From positions 210,001 to 242,000 of the forward strand of contig CP010424.1 in the NCBI GenBank assembly GCA_000830275.1: a DNA stretch of 32,000 bases, read 5' to 3'. The notes below the pieces were generated by a model that did not search any database, was not told the DNA's origin, and saw only the letters and a list, made by a program, of their open reading frames with translations. Shown in pieces: positions 21,451 through 29,571 of the stretch (position 1 is the stretch's first letter; every line of letters starts with the position of its first letter). This stretch comes from an archaeon GW2011_AR10. GTDB lineage: Archaea; Iainarchaeota; Iainarchaeia; Iainarchaeales; GW2011-AR10. Both the position numbers and the translations under genes were made by a program.

Positions 21451-23202
21451 TTAACCTTTAAGCCTACGCTTCAAAGCAGCGTGCTCTTCCAGGATTTCTT
21501 TCGGCATTCCGCTTCCAAGCTCTTTGAAAAACTCTTCCTGTTCAATTGTTTCCTGCAGCCACGCATTTTTGTCAACTAAAAGCAGTTTCTTCATTGCTGA
21601 ATCCGGCATCTCTAATCCAATCAAATCAATTGAACCTTTTTTAGGCATGAAACCAATAGGGGTTTTTTCCGCATCTGCTTTTCCGCTGCACCTTTCAACA
21701 ATCCATTTCAGCACGCGCATGTTTTCCCGGAAACCCGGCCACAAAAACGTTTGCCCTCCATCAGTCTTAAACCAGTTAACGTGAAAAATTTTTGGCTGCG
21801 TTCGGATTTTTTTCCCCATTTCAATCCAGTGCCTGAAATAATTTGTTGTGCGATAACCAAAGAATGGAAGCATTGCCATTGGGTCACGCCTTACAATCCC
21901 GACTTGCCCTGTTGCTGCAGCGGTTGTTTCAGAAGCCATTGTTGCCCCAATGAATGTTCCATGCTGCCAGTTGAATGCCTCGTACACCAGCGGGGCAAGC
22001 TTTGCCCTCCTTCCCCCAAATAAAATTGCGGAAATTGGCACCCCTTTCGGGTTTTCCCATTCCGGGGAAATTGATGGGCACTGGGAAGCAGGAGCAGTGA
22101 ACCTAGAGTTTGGCTGCGCTCCAGGCTTTCCAGAATCAGGAGTCCAAGGGTTGCCTTGCCAATCAGTTCCTTTGGATGGCACTCCATCCATTCCCTCCCA
22201 CCAAACTGTTCCATCTTCCTTTAGCAAAACGTTTGTGAAAATTGAATTCTTTTTCAGTGTTTCCATTGCGTTTGGGTTTGTCTTATAACTTGTGCCTGGC
22301 GCAACACCAAAAAACCCTGCTTCCGCGTTTACAGCGTAAAGCCTGCCATCGCTGCCAACGCGCATCCACGCAATGTCATCCCCCACAGTCCAAACCCTCC
22401 AGCCCTTCATTGACTCTGGCGGCTTCAGCATTGCAAGATTGGTTTTACCGCACTGGCTTGGAAAAGCCCCTGCAATGTAAGTAATTTTTCCTTCCGGGCT
22501 TTCAACTCCAATCAGCATCATGTGCTCTGCCATCCAGCCCTCTTTTCTTGCCTGATGGCTTGCAATCCTTAATGCAAGGCACTTTTTTCCAAGCAAGGCA
22601 TTGCCTCCATAACCTGAGCCAACACTCCAAATGGCATTATCCTCAGGAAAATGGCAAATGAATTTCCTGTTTTCGTTCAGGTCAGCGACGCTGTGCAGGC
22701 CTCGAGTGAAATTGTTGCTTTTCCCAAGTTCTTTCCACGCAATTTTTCCCATTCTCGCAAGAATCCTGATGTTTAATGCAACGTAAACGCTGTCAGTCAA
22801 CTGCACACAAACCTTGCTGAATTTTGATTTAGGAATCCCCATAATGAACGGCACAACGTACATTGTCCTGCCCTTCATTGCTCCCTCAAAAATTTCTCCG
22901 AGTTTTTTGTAGGCTTCTTTTGGCGCCATCCAGTTTGCAAGCGGTGTTGTGTCCTCTTTCCTTGAAGTGCAGATAAAAGTTAGGTTCTCTGTTCGTGAAA
23001 CATCGTTTGGAGCAGAGCGGTGAAGATAACAGCCAGGTATCTTCTTCTGGTTTAACTCAACCAATTCGCCTTTCTTGACTGCTTCTTTGATTAGGCGCTG
23101 CTTTTCTGTTTCGCTTCCGTCAAGCCACTCCAACTTGTCCGGCTTGCAGAGCAGCTGCATTTCTTCTACCCATTTTTTCACTTGCTCGTTTTCAGGAATC
23201 AA
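21451..23202 (-). CDS. pckG: phosphoenolpyruvate carboxykinase (GTP)
   Basis: AFPSQCGKTNLAML, GDDIAWM, FGVAPGTS and NWF are hallmark GTP-PEPCK motifs, present at full length. Confidence 0.95.
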   Translation of the reverse strand: MIPENEQVKKWVEEMQLLCKPDKLEWLDGSETEKQRLIKEAVKKGELVELNQKKIPGCYLHRSAPNDVSRTENLTFICTSRKEDTTPLANWMAPKEAYKKLGEIFEGAMKGRTMYVVPFIMGIPKSKFSKVCVQLTDSVYVALNIRILARMGKIAWKELGKSNNFTRGLHSVADLNENRKFICHFPEDNAIWSVGSGYGGNALLGKKCLALRIASHQARKEGWMAEHMMLIGVESPEGKITYIAGAFPSQCGKTNLAMLKPPESMKGWRVWTVGDDIAWMRVGSDGRLYAVNAEAGFFGVAPGTSYKTNPNAMETLKKNSIFTNVLLKEDGTVWWEGMDGVPSKGTDWQGNPWTPDSGKPGAQPNSRFTAPASQCPSISPEWENPKGVPISAILFGGRRAKLAPLVYEAFNWQHGTFIGATMASETTAAATGQVGIVRRDPMAMLPFFGYRTTNYFRHWIEMGKKIRTQPKIFHVNWFKTDGGQTFLWPGFRENMRVLKWIVERCSGKADAEKTPIGFMPKKGSIDLIGLEMPDSAMKKLLLVDKNAWLQETIEQEEFFKELGSGMPKEILEEHAALKRRLKG

Positions 23203-23241
23203 AGCTTTAACACCACTGTTTTTTTTGTTGATGCGCTGGTT

Positions 23242-24411
23242 TCATTTCATTTTCTTTACTGTTTCCTTAATGCGCTCAATTCCTGCTTTCAGGTCCTCAA
23301 TTGATGCAGCAAACGAAATCCTCACAAAGCCCGGGGCTTCAAACGCTTCTCCAGGCACCAAAGCGACTCTCGCCTCATCCAGCATTTTCTCGCAGAACGC
23401 AACGCTGTCCTTTATTTTCCTGTTGAATGTTCCCTCAATGTTCGGGAAAACATAGAATGCTCCTTCAGGCTCAGTGCACTTAATGCCGTCAATTTCATTC
23501 AGGTGCCTGAAAACATATTTTCTTCTGCTGTCAAACTCTTGCAGCATTTTTCCAACTGACTCCTGCTTGCCGTTCAGTGCTTCCACTGCAGCCCACTGCG
23601 CAATGCTGCATGGAGCGCTAATGGAGTGGCTCTGCATGTCGCTTATTGCATTCGATATTTCCGTTCTGCAGGCAAGAAAGCCAATCCTCCAGCCGGTCAT
23701 GGCATAGCTTTTTGAGACAGCATTAACAGTGATTGTGATGTCCTTGACTTCTTCGCTGAGGGAAGCGAAGCTTGTGTGGGTTTTTCCGTCATACAGGAAA
23801 TGCTCGTAAACTTCATCCGAGACTACAATGAAATTTTTTTCAAGTGCTGCATCAGCAATGCGCTTCAAATCGTTTTTGGAAAGCGTTGCGCCTGTGGGGT
23901 TTGACGGGTAATTGAGGATAAGGTACTTTGTTTTCTTTTTGGCGGCTTTTGCAATTTCTTCAGGAATGGGCCTGAATTTCTCGTCGGTTTCAACAAAAAC
24001 AGGTTTGCCTCCAGCCATTTTCACCTGTTCCTTGAAGCTAACCCAAGCAGGCTTCGGAATTATTACTTCGTCTCCCGGGTTAAGCAAGGCCATTGAAATG
24101 TTGTAAAGTGAATCCTTTGCGCCGTTGGAAACAACAATCTGGTTTTCCGCGTAATCAATATTGTTCTCGCGCCTGAATTTCTGCACTATTGCTTTCCTCA
24201 GCTCCGCAATTCCTGCTGAAGGCGTGTAGTGGCTTTCATTGCGCTTTATTGCCTCAATTGCTGCATTCTGGATGTTTTCAGGGGTGTTAAAGTCTGGTTC
24301 TCCCACAGTGAAATTGAATACTTTTTCCCCTCTCTTAGCCAACTCCTTGGCTTTAGCGTTCAAAGAAATAGTTGCAGAGGGGGAAATGCCCATAACCCTC
24401 TCGCTTAGCAT
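23242..24411 (-). CDS. aspartate/aromatic aminotransferase (class I PLP enzyme)
   Basis: SPSATISLNAKAKEL, NYPSNPTG and SKSYAMTGWRIG (PLP lysine). Confidence 0.9.
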   Translation of the reverse strand: MLSERVMGISPSATISLNAKAKELAKRGEKVFNFTVGEPDFNTPENIQNAAIEAIKRNESHYTPSAGIAELRKAIVQKFRRENNIDYAENQIVVSNGAKDSLYNISMALLNPGDEVIIPKPAWVSFKEQVKMAGGKPVFVETDEKFRPIPEEIAKAAKKKTKYLILNYPSNPTGATLSKNDLKRIADAALEKNFIVVSDEVYEHFLYDGKTHTSFASLSEEVKDITITVNAVSKSYAMTGWRIGFLACRTEISNAISDMQSHSISAPCSIAQWAAVEALNGKQESVGKMLQEFDSRRKYVFRHLNEIDGIKCTEPEGAFYVFPNIEGTFNRKIKDSVAFCEKMLDEARVALVPGEAFEAPGFVRISFAASIEDLKAGIERIKETVKKMK

Positions 24412-24520
24412 AACTGATTCAACCCTTACTTAGTGACATGCGTAAAGAATTAAAAAGAATCTCTGCCAGACTGCACCAATTCAGTGAACTCAGAAAAAAT
24501 CCTGAAATGCCTCGATTAAG

Positions 24521-25456
24521 CTACTTTGCCGGGTTAAGAAGCGAGGAAACAGATGTTTCAGTGTGGATTGCCTTAATGCTTGCAGCGATAAGCGGTGCAA
24601 CGCTCAGCACTTTTACTTTCCTGGTTCTTTTCTCTTGCGGCAATGCAATTGTGTTTGTAACAATGATTTCCTTTAAGGGGCTGTGCTCCAGCTTTTTCAC
24701 TGCATCGCCTGCAAAGACTGCGTGAGTGCAGCACGCGAAAACCTCTTTTGCCCCGTGTTTCAGGACAGCGTTTGCTGCGTTCACGATTGTGCCGCCAGTG
24801 TTTATTTCATCATCAACTATAAGGCAGCTTTTTCCTTTAACGTCTCCAATCAGGTTAAGCACTTCCGCTACATTGGGTTTCGGCCTGCGCTTGTCAATTA
24901 AGGCAATGCCTGCATTAAGCCTTTTCGCGTAGCTTCTCGCGCGCCTGCTTGAGCCAAGGTCTGGCGCCACAACAATAAGGTTTTTGAGGTTCTTTTTCTT
25001 TACATAATCAACAATTATCTGGCTGGCGTAAAGGAAGTCAAGGCGAATGTCAAAGAAGCCCTGAATCTGGTCAGAGTGCAAATCCATAGTGAAAACCCCG
25101 TCTGCTCCAGCAGCGGTTATGAGGTTAGCAGCGAGCTTTGCAGTAATTGGTTCCCTGTGGTTTGCTTTCCTGTCCTGCTTCGAGTAACCAAAGTAAGGGA
25201 TGACTGCTGTAACCCTTGCAGCAGAAGCGCGCTTGCATGCATCAATCATGATGAGCAGCTCCATTAAATTGCTGTCAGCTGGAAAACTTGTCGGCTGAAT
25301 GAGAAAAACATCGTAGCCGCGCACTTGCTCTAGGACATTAACATAGGTTTCGCCGTCAGCGAAATTCTTTATCTCGATTTTGCCGAGCTTTGTCTTAAGT
25401 GTTTTGGCTATTTCCTCTGCCAAAGGCCTGTTTGCCCTGCCAGAAAAAAGCTTCAT
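24521..25456 (-). CDS. prs: ribose-phosphate pyrophosphokinase
   Basis: MKLFSGRANRPLAEEIA, DLHSDQIQGFF and CLIVDDEINTGGT. The track start at 25474 (GTG) was trimmed to the canonical ATG at 25456. Confidence 0.95.
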   Translation of the reverse strand: MKLFSGRANRPLAEEIAKTLKTKLGKIEIKNFADGETYVNVLEQVRGYDVFLIQPTSFPADSNLMELLIMIDACKRASAARVTAVIPYFGYSKQDRKANHREPITAKLAANLITAAGADGVFTMDLHSDQIQGFFDIRLDFLYASQIIVDYVKKKNLKNLIVVAPDLGSSRRARSYAKRLNAGIALIDKRRPKPNVAEVLNLIGDVKGKSCLIVDDEINTGGTIVNAANAVLKHGAKEVFACCTHAVFAGDAVKKLEHSPLKEIIVTNTIALPQEKRTRKVKVLSVAPLIAASIKAIHTETSVSSLLNPAK

Positions 25457-25540
25457 TTCCTTCAAAAAAAGCACCTTAGAGTAATAGATATTGGGTATTA
25501 TGAGTTTAAATAATTTTGGTAAATAATTCTAAATGTTTCG

Positions 25541-26236
25541 GTGGCAGCTTTGGAAAAGTTCGTTAAAACAAAAATTTTCTTCAAGCTTTCTAACGTTTTG
25601 CTTCCCGGAAGCGTGCTAAAAAACGTTGATTCCAAAAAGGTTGAAGCTCTTTTGCAGGGGCTAAAAAAGCTGGAGGAAAAAAACAGGGTTGAGCTCTTTG
25701 TAATTCTGGGGCAAAAAGATGATGTTGCCAAAAAAAAGCTCGCTGAATCCGGCCTCAACCGTTTCTTTAAAAAAGAAAACATTTTCTGTGTGACAAAAGA
25801 CTATATCCAAGACAAGGCTGAATTTGACCGTGACCGCCATTTGAAAGCGCTGGAAGAAGACCCGCACTTCAGGGATGATTACTTCAAGGTAAGCATTCTG
25901 AAAAAAATTGCAGGAATAGTTTTTCCTGCGGATGAAATTATTTTCATTGGCCATGACCTGCTGACAGACGGTTTTTATTTGCATGAATTTGTCGGGGTTG
26001 ATGTTGCATTCGTAAAGAAGGCCTTGTCAGAGCGCAACGAGAAATCAGGCAAGGTTTTGAAGGGACTCTACTATGTGGACCTTGACATCAACGATTTCAG
26101 GAAACTGCTGCTTGGAAAAAAGCCCAAGCCGGATTACAGGTTCCTCCAAGCCCACATTTACGCTAATCTCAAGAAGCAGTTGTTCGGTGACAAGCTGATG
26201 GACGCAATTCCAAAAAAATTTGCAGACTTCAGCTGA
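25541..26236 (+). CDS. hypothetical protein, possibly a degenerate HAD-like fold
   Basis: IFFKLSNVLL lies where a HAD DxDxT motif would sit. The later IIFIGHDLLTD resembles HAD motif IV. The evidence is weak. Confidence 0.45.
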   Translation: MAALEKFVKTKIFFKLSNVLLPGSVLKNVDSKKVEALLQGLKKLEEKNRVELFVILGQKDDVAKKKLAESGLNRFFKKENIFCVTKDYIQDKAEFDRDRHLKALEEDPHFRDDYFKVSILKKIAGIVFPADEIIFIGHDLLTDGFYLHEFVGVDVAFVKKALSERNEKSGKVLKGLYYVDLDINDFRKLLLGKKPKPDYRFLQAHIYANLKKQLFGDKLMDAIPKKFADFS

Positions 26237-26543
26237 AAGAATAGCCTGCTGGTTTCTGTACCCAGTCAACGAGCTTTGCGCCGCACTTCTTGCACTGCTT
26301 TTTTCCAACAGGGTTTTTAGTGCCGCAGCCATTGCATTTCGGCAGCTTTGAGTGGCAGACATCACAGTCGCCTTTGATTGGCCCAACAGCAGCCCAGTTG
26401 GTGTAAGCGCCTCTTCCCGGGCCGAAAGCAATATCCCCGACTTTCTGCGCGCACTTATAGCAGTTGACGCGCTTGTTCGGCTGCATTGCTCCACAATTAC
26501 CGCAGACTATGGCCTTTGAATGGCACTTCGGGCAGGTAGGCAT
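26229..26543 (-). CDS. multi-zinc-ribbon protein
   Basis: Six CxxC pairs occur in 104 aa: CPKC, CGNC, CYKC, CDVC, CNGC and CKKC. Confidence 0.65.
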   Translation of the reverse strand: MPTCPKCHSKAIVCGNCGAMQPNKRVNCYKCAQKVGDIAFGPGRGAYTNWAAVGPIKGDCDVCHSKLPKCNGCGTKNPVGKKQCKKCGAKLVDWVQKPAGYSFS

Positions 26544-26604
26544 AATATTCTATTGGATTTTGATTGATTTAATGTTATCGCTTAACTAGTTCTGGGTTTT
26601 TAAT

Positions 26605-26802
26605 TTATTTTAAGGATGTGAGCAATATTCCTGCCACTACTATTATTATTAAAAACAATGCAGCTATTGGCAACCAGTTTGTTCCAGAATTTTCTTTGAT
26701 CTCACTGTTGTCATGGTCATGCTCGTTTTTACCATTACAACAATTCATTTTCTCGCTTCCTTTTTTTGGATGGCTCTTGGCCATATGCTGGAACCACTGC
26801 AA
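26605..26802 (-). CDS. small membrane protein with Cys/His/Asp-rich N-terminus
   Basis: MNCCNGKNEHDHDNSE is followed by the TM helix WLPIAALFLIIIVVAGILLT. The start codon is uncertain. Confidence 0.4.
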   Translation of the reverse strand: MQWFQHMAKSHPKKGSEKMNCCNGKNEHDHDNSEIKENSGTNWLPIAALFLIIIVVAGILLTSLK

Positions 26803-26925
26803 GTTTTTTGCAGAACACTAAAAACATTGGTTAAGATGATACTGCCTGCTTGATTGTTTCAATGTTATATGGATACCTGTCCTTTCATGGGCGGAATAGT
26901 CATTTTAGCCTAGGCCGCAAACAGC

Positions 26926-26936
26926 AATAAATAAAA
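26926..26936 (+). promoter_or_regulatory. TATA box candidate for eno
   Basis: AATAAATAAAA lies about 35 nt upstream of the ATG at 26966. It is preceded by gcaaacagcaataaa, which is identical to 13741-13755. Confidence 0.4.
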
Positions 26937-26965
26937 GGCTGAAAAAGCTACTATTATTGGTTCGA

Positions 26966-28237
26966 ATGGACAAAATAAAAATGGTTTCAGCAAGACAGGT
27001 GTTTGATAGTAGAGGAATTCCCACGATTGAAGCAGAAGTGCAAACAAACTCAGGCATTTTTCGGGCAATTGTTCCTTCAGGAACTTCAGCCGGGAAACAC
27101 GAGGCCTTGGAGCTGCGCGATGGAGCAAAAGAATTCAGCGGCAAAGGCGTTAGGAAAGCTGTTTCCTCTGTTGAGAAAAAAATTGCTCCAAAGCTCCTGA
27201 AAAAGGATCCAAGCCAGCAAAAACAATTGGACAAATTAATGGTTAAGTTGGACGGCACTCAGAATAAGGAGAAGTTGGGGGCTAATGCAATTCTTTCAGT
27301 TTCAATGGCACTATGCAGGGCAGGAGCTGCCGCACAAAAAAAAGAATTATTCCAGTACATTGGTTCCTTGTCAGGAAACAAAAAATTTGTTCTGCCTGTT
27401 CCGCAAATTCTATTATTGGAGGGCGGTGCTCACGCGCACCAGTCAACTGATTTGCAGGAATTCATGGTGCTGCCAATTGGAGCAAAAACTTTCAGCGAAG
27501 CAATGCGTTTCGGTATTGAAACCTACAAAGCACTTGAAGGGGTTTTGAAGAAACAGGGGCTAAGCACTAATGTAGGAAAGGAGGGTGCATTCGCTCCAAA
27601 AATCTCAAGCAATGATGCGGCGCTTGATTTGATTGTTTCAGCAATTGAGGAAGCAGGTTTCAGGCCAGGAAAAGACTTGGCGATTGCAATTGATGCTGCT
27701 GCATCAGAATTTTTTGGAAAAGGAATTTACAGTTTTAAATCTGAAAGCAGGCAAATGAGTTCAAGTGAACTGCAGCAGTATTATGAGGAATTGGTTAAAA
27801 AATACCCGTTAATTTCAATTGAAGACCCTTTTGCTGAAGATGATTGGCAGGCATTTGCATCCTTGACTGATTCCATTGGAAGCAAGGTGCAAATTGTTGG
27901 AGATGATTTGCTTGTTTCAAACGAGCAAAGAGTTGAAAGAGCAATTAAGGAAAAGGCGTGCAATGCACTGCTTCTTAAGCCTAACCAGATTGGAACAGTA
28001 ACTGAAGCGCTTGGCGCGGCAAAACTTGCAATGAAGCGAAACTGGAAAGTGATTGTTTCGCATAGAAGCGGTGACACTGAGGATGCATTTATCGCTGACC
28101 TTGCGGTTGGAATTGGCTGTGGGCAAATTAAAACAGGTGCTCCGGTGCGAGGAGAAAGAACAGCAAAATACAACCAGCTGCTGCGCATTGAAGAAAAGCT
28201 TGGATCAAAAGCAAAATTTTCCAATAATATTTTTTGA
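26966..28237 (+). CDS. eno: enolase
   Basis: ARQVFDSRGIPTIEAEV, SHRSGDTED and GQIKTGAPVRGERTAKYNQLLRIEE. The start is set at the first ATG. Confidence 0.95.
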   Translation: MDKIKMVSARQVFDSRGIPTIEAEVQTNSGIFRAIVPSGTSAGKHEALELRDGAKEFSGKGVRKAVSSVEKKIAPKLLKKDPSQQKQLDKLMVKLDGTQNKEKLGANAILSVSMALCRAGAAAQKKELFQYIGSLSGNKKFVLPVPQILLLEGGAHAHQSTDLQEFMVLPIGAKTFSEAMRFGIETYKALEGVLKKQGLSTNVGKEGAFAPKISSNDAALDLIVSAIEEAGFRPGKDLAIAIDAAASEFFGKGIYSFKSESRQMSSSELQQYYEELVKKYPLISIEDPFAEDDWQAFASLTDSIGSKVQIVGDDLLVSNEQRVERAIKEKACNALLLKPNQIGTVTEALGAAKLAMKRNWKVIVSHRSGDTEDAFIADLAVGIGCGQIKTGAPVRGERTAKYNQLLRIEEKLGSKAKFSNNIF

Positions 28238-28281
28238 ATTATTTGTTTTGCAGGAAGTGATTCATTATCAAAAGAAAACGC

Positions 28282-28878
28282 TTGGATATTAGGCCCTTAA
28301 AGCCTTTGAAAGTTGTTGAAGGCAGAAGGAAAAAGCTTGCCTACACGCAGAGGGCAAAGGATTTTGTCAGGCAAAATCCCCGTCTGATCAAGGAATTCTT
28401 AAATGCAGTTAGAAGTATTTGGGATTCAAAAGTTGGTGCAAAGGCAAAGTATGGCACAACAACTGTTGAAAAGCTTAAATTTTCCAGAGACATAAAAAAA
28501 TTTTTTTTGGTTGAACGTGCCGGCAAAAAATTTTTTGTGAAATGGGTTTCCACTGATTTTGTCAGGGGAGTTGTGGTTTCATCGATTGAGGCAATGCGTG
28601 AAGCGGAGGGCATTATCAGAAAACATGGAATTCAGCCGATGCAGTACGAGTTTGGTTTCGAGGGAAAAAATGGCAGTTTTCTTGTGTCAAGGTTTTACGG
28701 TTTAAAGAATTTGAATGAGGTGTCAGACAATGCAGTGGTCAGAGAAGCTGACAGGAGAATGAATGCTGCTTCAAGGGAGCTTTCAGAAAAAGGCATATTT
28801 GATTTGGAGCGCAGGAACCTTTTCTATGACCCAAGAAACAAAAAATTCATTGCTTTTGATTTGGGTTTTGAGAGTTGA
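28282..28878 (+). CDS. hypothetical protein, possibly a minimal protein-kinase-like fold
   Basis: The order AGKKFFVKW (beta3 Lys?), EAMREAEG (alphaC Glu?), FDLERRNLFYD (catalytic-loop-like) and IAFDLGF (DFG-like) suggests this fold. The start is TTG. The call is speculative. Confidence 0.5.
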   Translation: MDIRPLKPLKVVEGRRKKLAYTQRAKDFVRQNPRLIKEFLNAVRSIWDSKVGAKAKYGTTTVEKLKFSRDIKKFFLVERAGKKFFVKWVSTDFVRGVVVSSIEAMREAEGIIRKHGIQPMQYEFGFEGKNGSFLVSRFYGLKNLNEVSDNAVVREADRRMNAASRELSEKGIFDLERRNLFYDPRNKKFIAFDLGFES

Positions 28879-28959
28879 AATCCTGCTCGAATCCGTAAAG
28901 ATTTGGGAAAAAGCTTTAAAATAAAGTAATGCAATATTAAATAATTTGCGGTGAGAAAA

Positions 28960-29493
28960 ATGAACCAAAAAATTTTTGCTTTGCTTTTGGTGGCATTGGT
29001 TTTCCTTTTCGGGTGCAACCAGCCGGCAGTGAATAATGCAGTTGATGATTTGTCTGATGAAGGAACAGGACTTGCAGGAGGCGAAAGCCCTGAAGTTGAG
29101 GCTCCTGAAGCCAGTGGCGGGGAAGGTGGAACTGTTGCAGGTGCCAAGCCAACTTATGAGCCTTTCACGCAGGAAAAATATGATGCAGCAAAAGCTGCAG
29201 GGAAAACAATTTTCTTGGAGTTTTATGCTAACTGGTGCCCAATATGCAGAGACCAGAAGCCGGAAATCGAGTCCGCTTTCAATGAACTGGCTGATTCCAG
29301 AATTGCAGGATTCCAGGTTAATTACAATGACAGTGAAACAGATGACAATGAAAGGAATCTTGCAAGAAAGTTTGGGATTTCTTACCAGCACACGCACGTA
29401 ATAATTGACAGCTCTGAGAACGTGCTGAAAAAAGAGCTTACTTTCTGGGGCAAAGAAAAAATTCTGGAGGCGCTTTCAGCTGCAGCCTCTTAA
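28960..29493 (+). CDS. thioredoxin-fold thiol:disulfide oxidoreductase, lipobox-containing (TlpA/ResA-like)
   Basis: MNQKIFALLLVALVFLFGCNQP (lipobox-like), a Gly/Glu/Ala linker, and FYANWCPICRDQ (WCxxC active site). Confidence 0.8.
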   Translation: MNQKIFALLLVALVFLFGCNQPAVNNAVDDLSDEGTGLAGGESPEVEAPEASGGEGGTVAGAKPTYEPFTQEKYDAAKAAGKTIFLEFYANWCPICRDQKPEIESAFNELADSRIAGFQVNYNDSETDDNERNLARKFGISYQHTHVIIDSSENVLKKELTFWGKEKILEALSAAAS

Positions 29494-29571
29494 ACGCTTC
29501 AAAAAAATTAAATTCCTTAAAGCAATAGGTTTATAACTTAGGGATGTATTGTTTGCATTAAAAAACTGGTT

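Noticed and set aside
26045-26494. 149-aa minus-strand ORF
   Set aside because: It overlaps both the 25541..26236 gene and, in another frame, the six-CxxC zinc-ribbon ORF. The zinc-ribbon frame has an obvious structural pattern, and this one does not.
26945-26957. T-loop-like GGTTCGAAT near the eno start
   Set aside because: There are no flanking T-stem, acceptor or anticodon helices. It is simply part of the eno 5' region.
28783-29397. 204-aa minus-strand ORF overlapping the thioredoxin-like gene
   Set aside because: The plus-strand frame carries a signal peptide/lipobox and the WCPIC active site. The minus-strand product has no features and would run antisense.
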